From Dendrobates tinctorius (taxonomy: Eukaryota): DNA of 64,000 nucleotides. The stretch covers positions 22,630,001-22,694,000 of the forward strand of contig NW_027361727.1 of the NCBI RefSeq assembly GCF_039654945.1, in the 5' to 3' direction. The position numbers and the translations under genes were made by a program. Under the pieces are notes generated by a model that did no database searches, was not told where the DNA came from, and was given only the letters and a program-made list of their open reading frames with translations. Positions 62,101 to 64,000 of the stretch are shown in pieces (positions within the stretch are counted from its first letter, which is position 1; every line of letters begins with the position of its first letter).

Positions 62101-63790
62101 ATGTGCTTTCTTTTCCAAGAAGTTCTCTGCTGCAGAAAGAAATTACGACGTAGGCAATAGAGAGCTTCTTGCGGTCAAATTGGCGTTTGAAGAATGGAGG
62201 CACTTTTTGGAGGGGGCCAGTCACCCGGTTACGGTGATCACGGATCACAAAAATTTGTTATACATTGAGTCTGCTAAAAGACTAACGCCCAGACAGGCCT
62301 GTTGGTCCCTTTTTTTTTCCCGTTTTCAGTTTACGATTACATTTCGTCCAGGGTCTAAGAATGTCAAGGCTGATGCCTTATCGTGCAGTTTTCAGCCGGT
62401 GTCTCCCCCTGAGCCACCGTCCTCCATTCTTCACCCTGGGGTTGTGATAGCAGAGGTCTCGTCTGAATTGGAACGGGAGATTCAGGGAGCCCAGTTGCGG
62501 GCCACGGCGGCCAAGCCGTAGGGCAAGTTGTTTGTCCTAGAGCAACTTCGCCTGAAACTCTTGCAGGAGTTCCATGAATCCAAGCTGAGTGCTCACCCTG
62601 GTATTTCAGCCACGCGTCTGGCAGTGGCTAGGATCTTTTGGTGGCCTACCCTTGGTTCGGACATAAAAAAAAATTCATTGCTGGTTGTGGGGTCTGCGCT
62701 CGTTCTAAAAGCTCTCATAGCCGGCCAGCAGGGGAGCTGATGCCCTTGGCAGTGCCCGAAAGACCATGGCCTCACTTATCCATGCATTTTGTTACCAATC
62801 TCCCTCCATCTAAGGGTAATACAGTGGTATGGGTAGTGGTGGACAGGTTTTCTAAGCAGGCTCATTTTGTACCCCTGTCCACACTACCGTCAGCTGAGAC
62901 GTTGTCCAGGTTGTTTGTGCAGCATGTGACCCAGTTGCATGAGGTACCCCTGAATGTGGTGTCTGATCGTGGTGTGCAGTTTGTGGCTAAGTTTTGGCGT
63001 GCTTTCTGCAAAAAATTAGGGATGTCTCTGTCCTTTTCGTCTGCATACCATCCTGAGAGCAATGGTCAGACGGAGCGCACTAACCAGTCCCTGGAACAGA
63101 TCCTCAGGTGTCTAACCTCTGCTAGACAGAATGACTGGTGCGATGCACTGCCGTTGGCTGAATTTGCCTTCAATAGTCGGGTGAGTCAATCCACGGGTAT
63201 GACTCCTTTTTTGATTAATTATGGGTTCAGTCCTCATTTTGGTGAGTTTTCTCGTCTGGACTCGGGGTGTCCCGTGGCTGAGGGCTCTGTTCAGTGATTA
63301 CAGAATATGTGGGCAGAAGTTCAGTGGAGTATATCTAGGTCTCAGGGCAGGTATAAGTTTTTCGCGGACAGGAAACGAACACCAGGGCCCACGTTTCAGG
63401 TTGGAGACAAGGTTTGGCTCTCCACGCAAAACATTAAGTTGAAGGTTCCTTCAGCCAAGTTGGGACCCAAATTCATTGGCCCACACAAGATTGTGGAAAA
63501 AATCAATCCAGTGGCGTATAGGCTGTGCCTTCCACCCTCTTTCAAGATCCCTAACGTCTTCCACAAGGCTCTACTGAAACCTTTTGAAGCAGTCCGGGGA
63601 GTCTGCTGCTCCTCCTGTTTTGGTCAAGGGGCAGGTGGAGTACGAGGTTGGTCATATCGTAGATTCCAGGTTGGTACGGCGGTCGGTACAGAAGACAGGT
63701 CCTGGGTACCGGCCCGGTTGATGCATGCTGATCGCCTGGTGCGGGCTTTCCATGCTAAGTGCCCTGGCAAGCCTGGGGGTCCAGAAGCCC
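59139..63790 (+). pseudogene. gag (PEG10/RTL1-like, CCHC) and pol (PR, RT, RH, IN, partial chromodomain), with several stops and frameshifts
   Basis: CFYCGKTGHWKREC; FVDCGS; YLDD near 61082; VDAS, RELLA and TDHKNL; VSDRGVQF and NGQTERTN; GP(H)KI; EYEV and SWVP. Stops at 60821, 61151, 62519 and 63295, among others. Confidence 0.9.
61401..61898. mobile_element. Palindromic PIF/Harbinger-like MITE (498 bp)
   Basis: 3-bp TSD TTA (61398-61400 and 61899-61901); TIR GGGTGGTTTCACATTAGCGC...; removing it restores pol frame [13 protein letters not shown]. Confidence 0.88.
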
Positions 63791-64000
63791 CCCGTTGGGA
63801 GGGGGGTACTTTCATGATCTCAGTGCGGGTTTGACTCGCACACATGGGGTTAATGTCTGGAACCAGTCCTGATGACTGGCATTTCTGGGGTTAAAGGTTG
63901 TGATCCCAGTGCAGGCTTACCTGCACACTTGGGGCTTATGATTGTGGCCTCTCCCTGATTCTGGGAAAGGGTTCTTATAGCCTCAGGACGCTCCCATCCC

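Larger units (their letters stand above)
58433..64000 (+). mobile_element. Defective Tf1/sushi-group Ty3/gypsy (chromovirus-like) retrotransposon; 3' LTR runs off the window
   Basis: 5' LTR 58433-59086 (TGTCA...TGACA); PPT 63797-63809; 3' LTR from 63810 with about 8 differences in 191 bp. Confidence 0.92.

Overview
Vertebrate genomic DNA, most likely a frog (inferred from the repeat families), covering the PRDM11-SYT13 neighbourhood. (1) 368-15874: three head-to-tail copies of one defective Gmr1-like Ty3/gypsy retrotransposon (minus strand; SCAN-type Gag, PR-IN-RT-RH order). They share four LTRs and a single 5-bp TSD, and sit upstream of a PRDM11 PR/SET exon, apparently in an intron. (2) 16529-30593: the 3' part of PRDM11 (+). 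Its last two coding exons, including the hAT-transposase-derived ZNF862-like exon, are tandemly duplicated with both copies open. (3) 30.6-52.7 kb: repeat-rich intergenic DNA with 86-bp and 31-bp minisatellites, CR1 and Tc1 fragments, solo LTRs, a small Helitron and a Penelope-type hammerhead ribozyme motif. (4) Last coding exon of SYT13 (minus, 52773-53080). (5) In the SYT13 intron, nested elements: an Ngaro-type tyrosine-recombinase retroelement with an SGNH hydrolase ORF, interrupted by a Helitron and by a Tf1/sushi-type chromovirus that itself carries a palindromic Harbinger-like MITE. Gene and family calls come from remembered protein motifs, not database searches. All difference counts were made by hand and are approximate.
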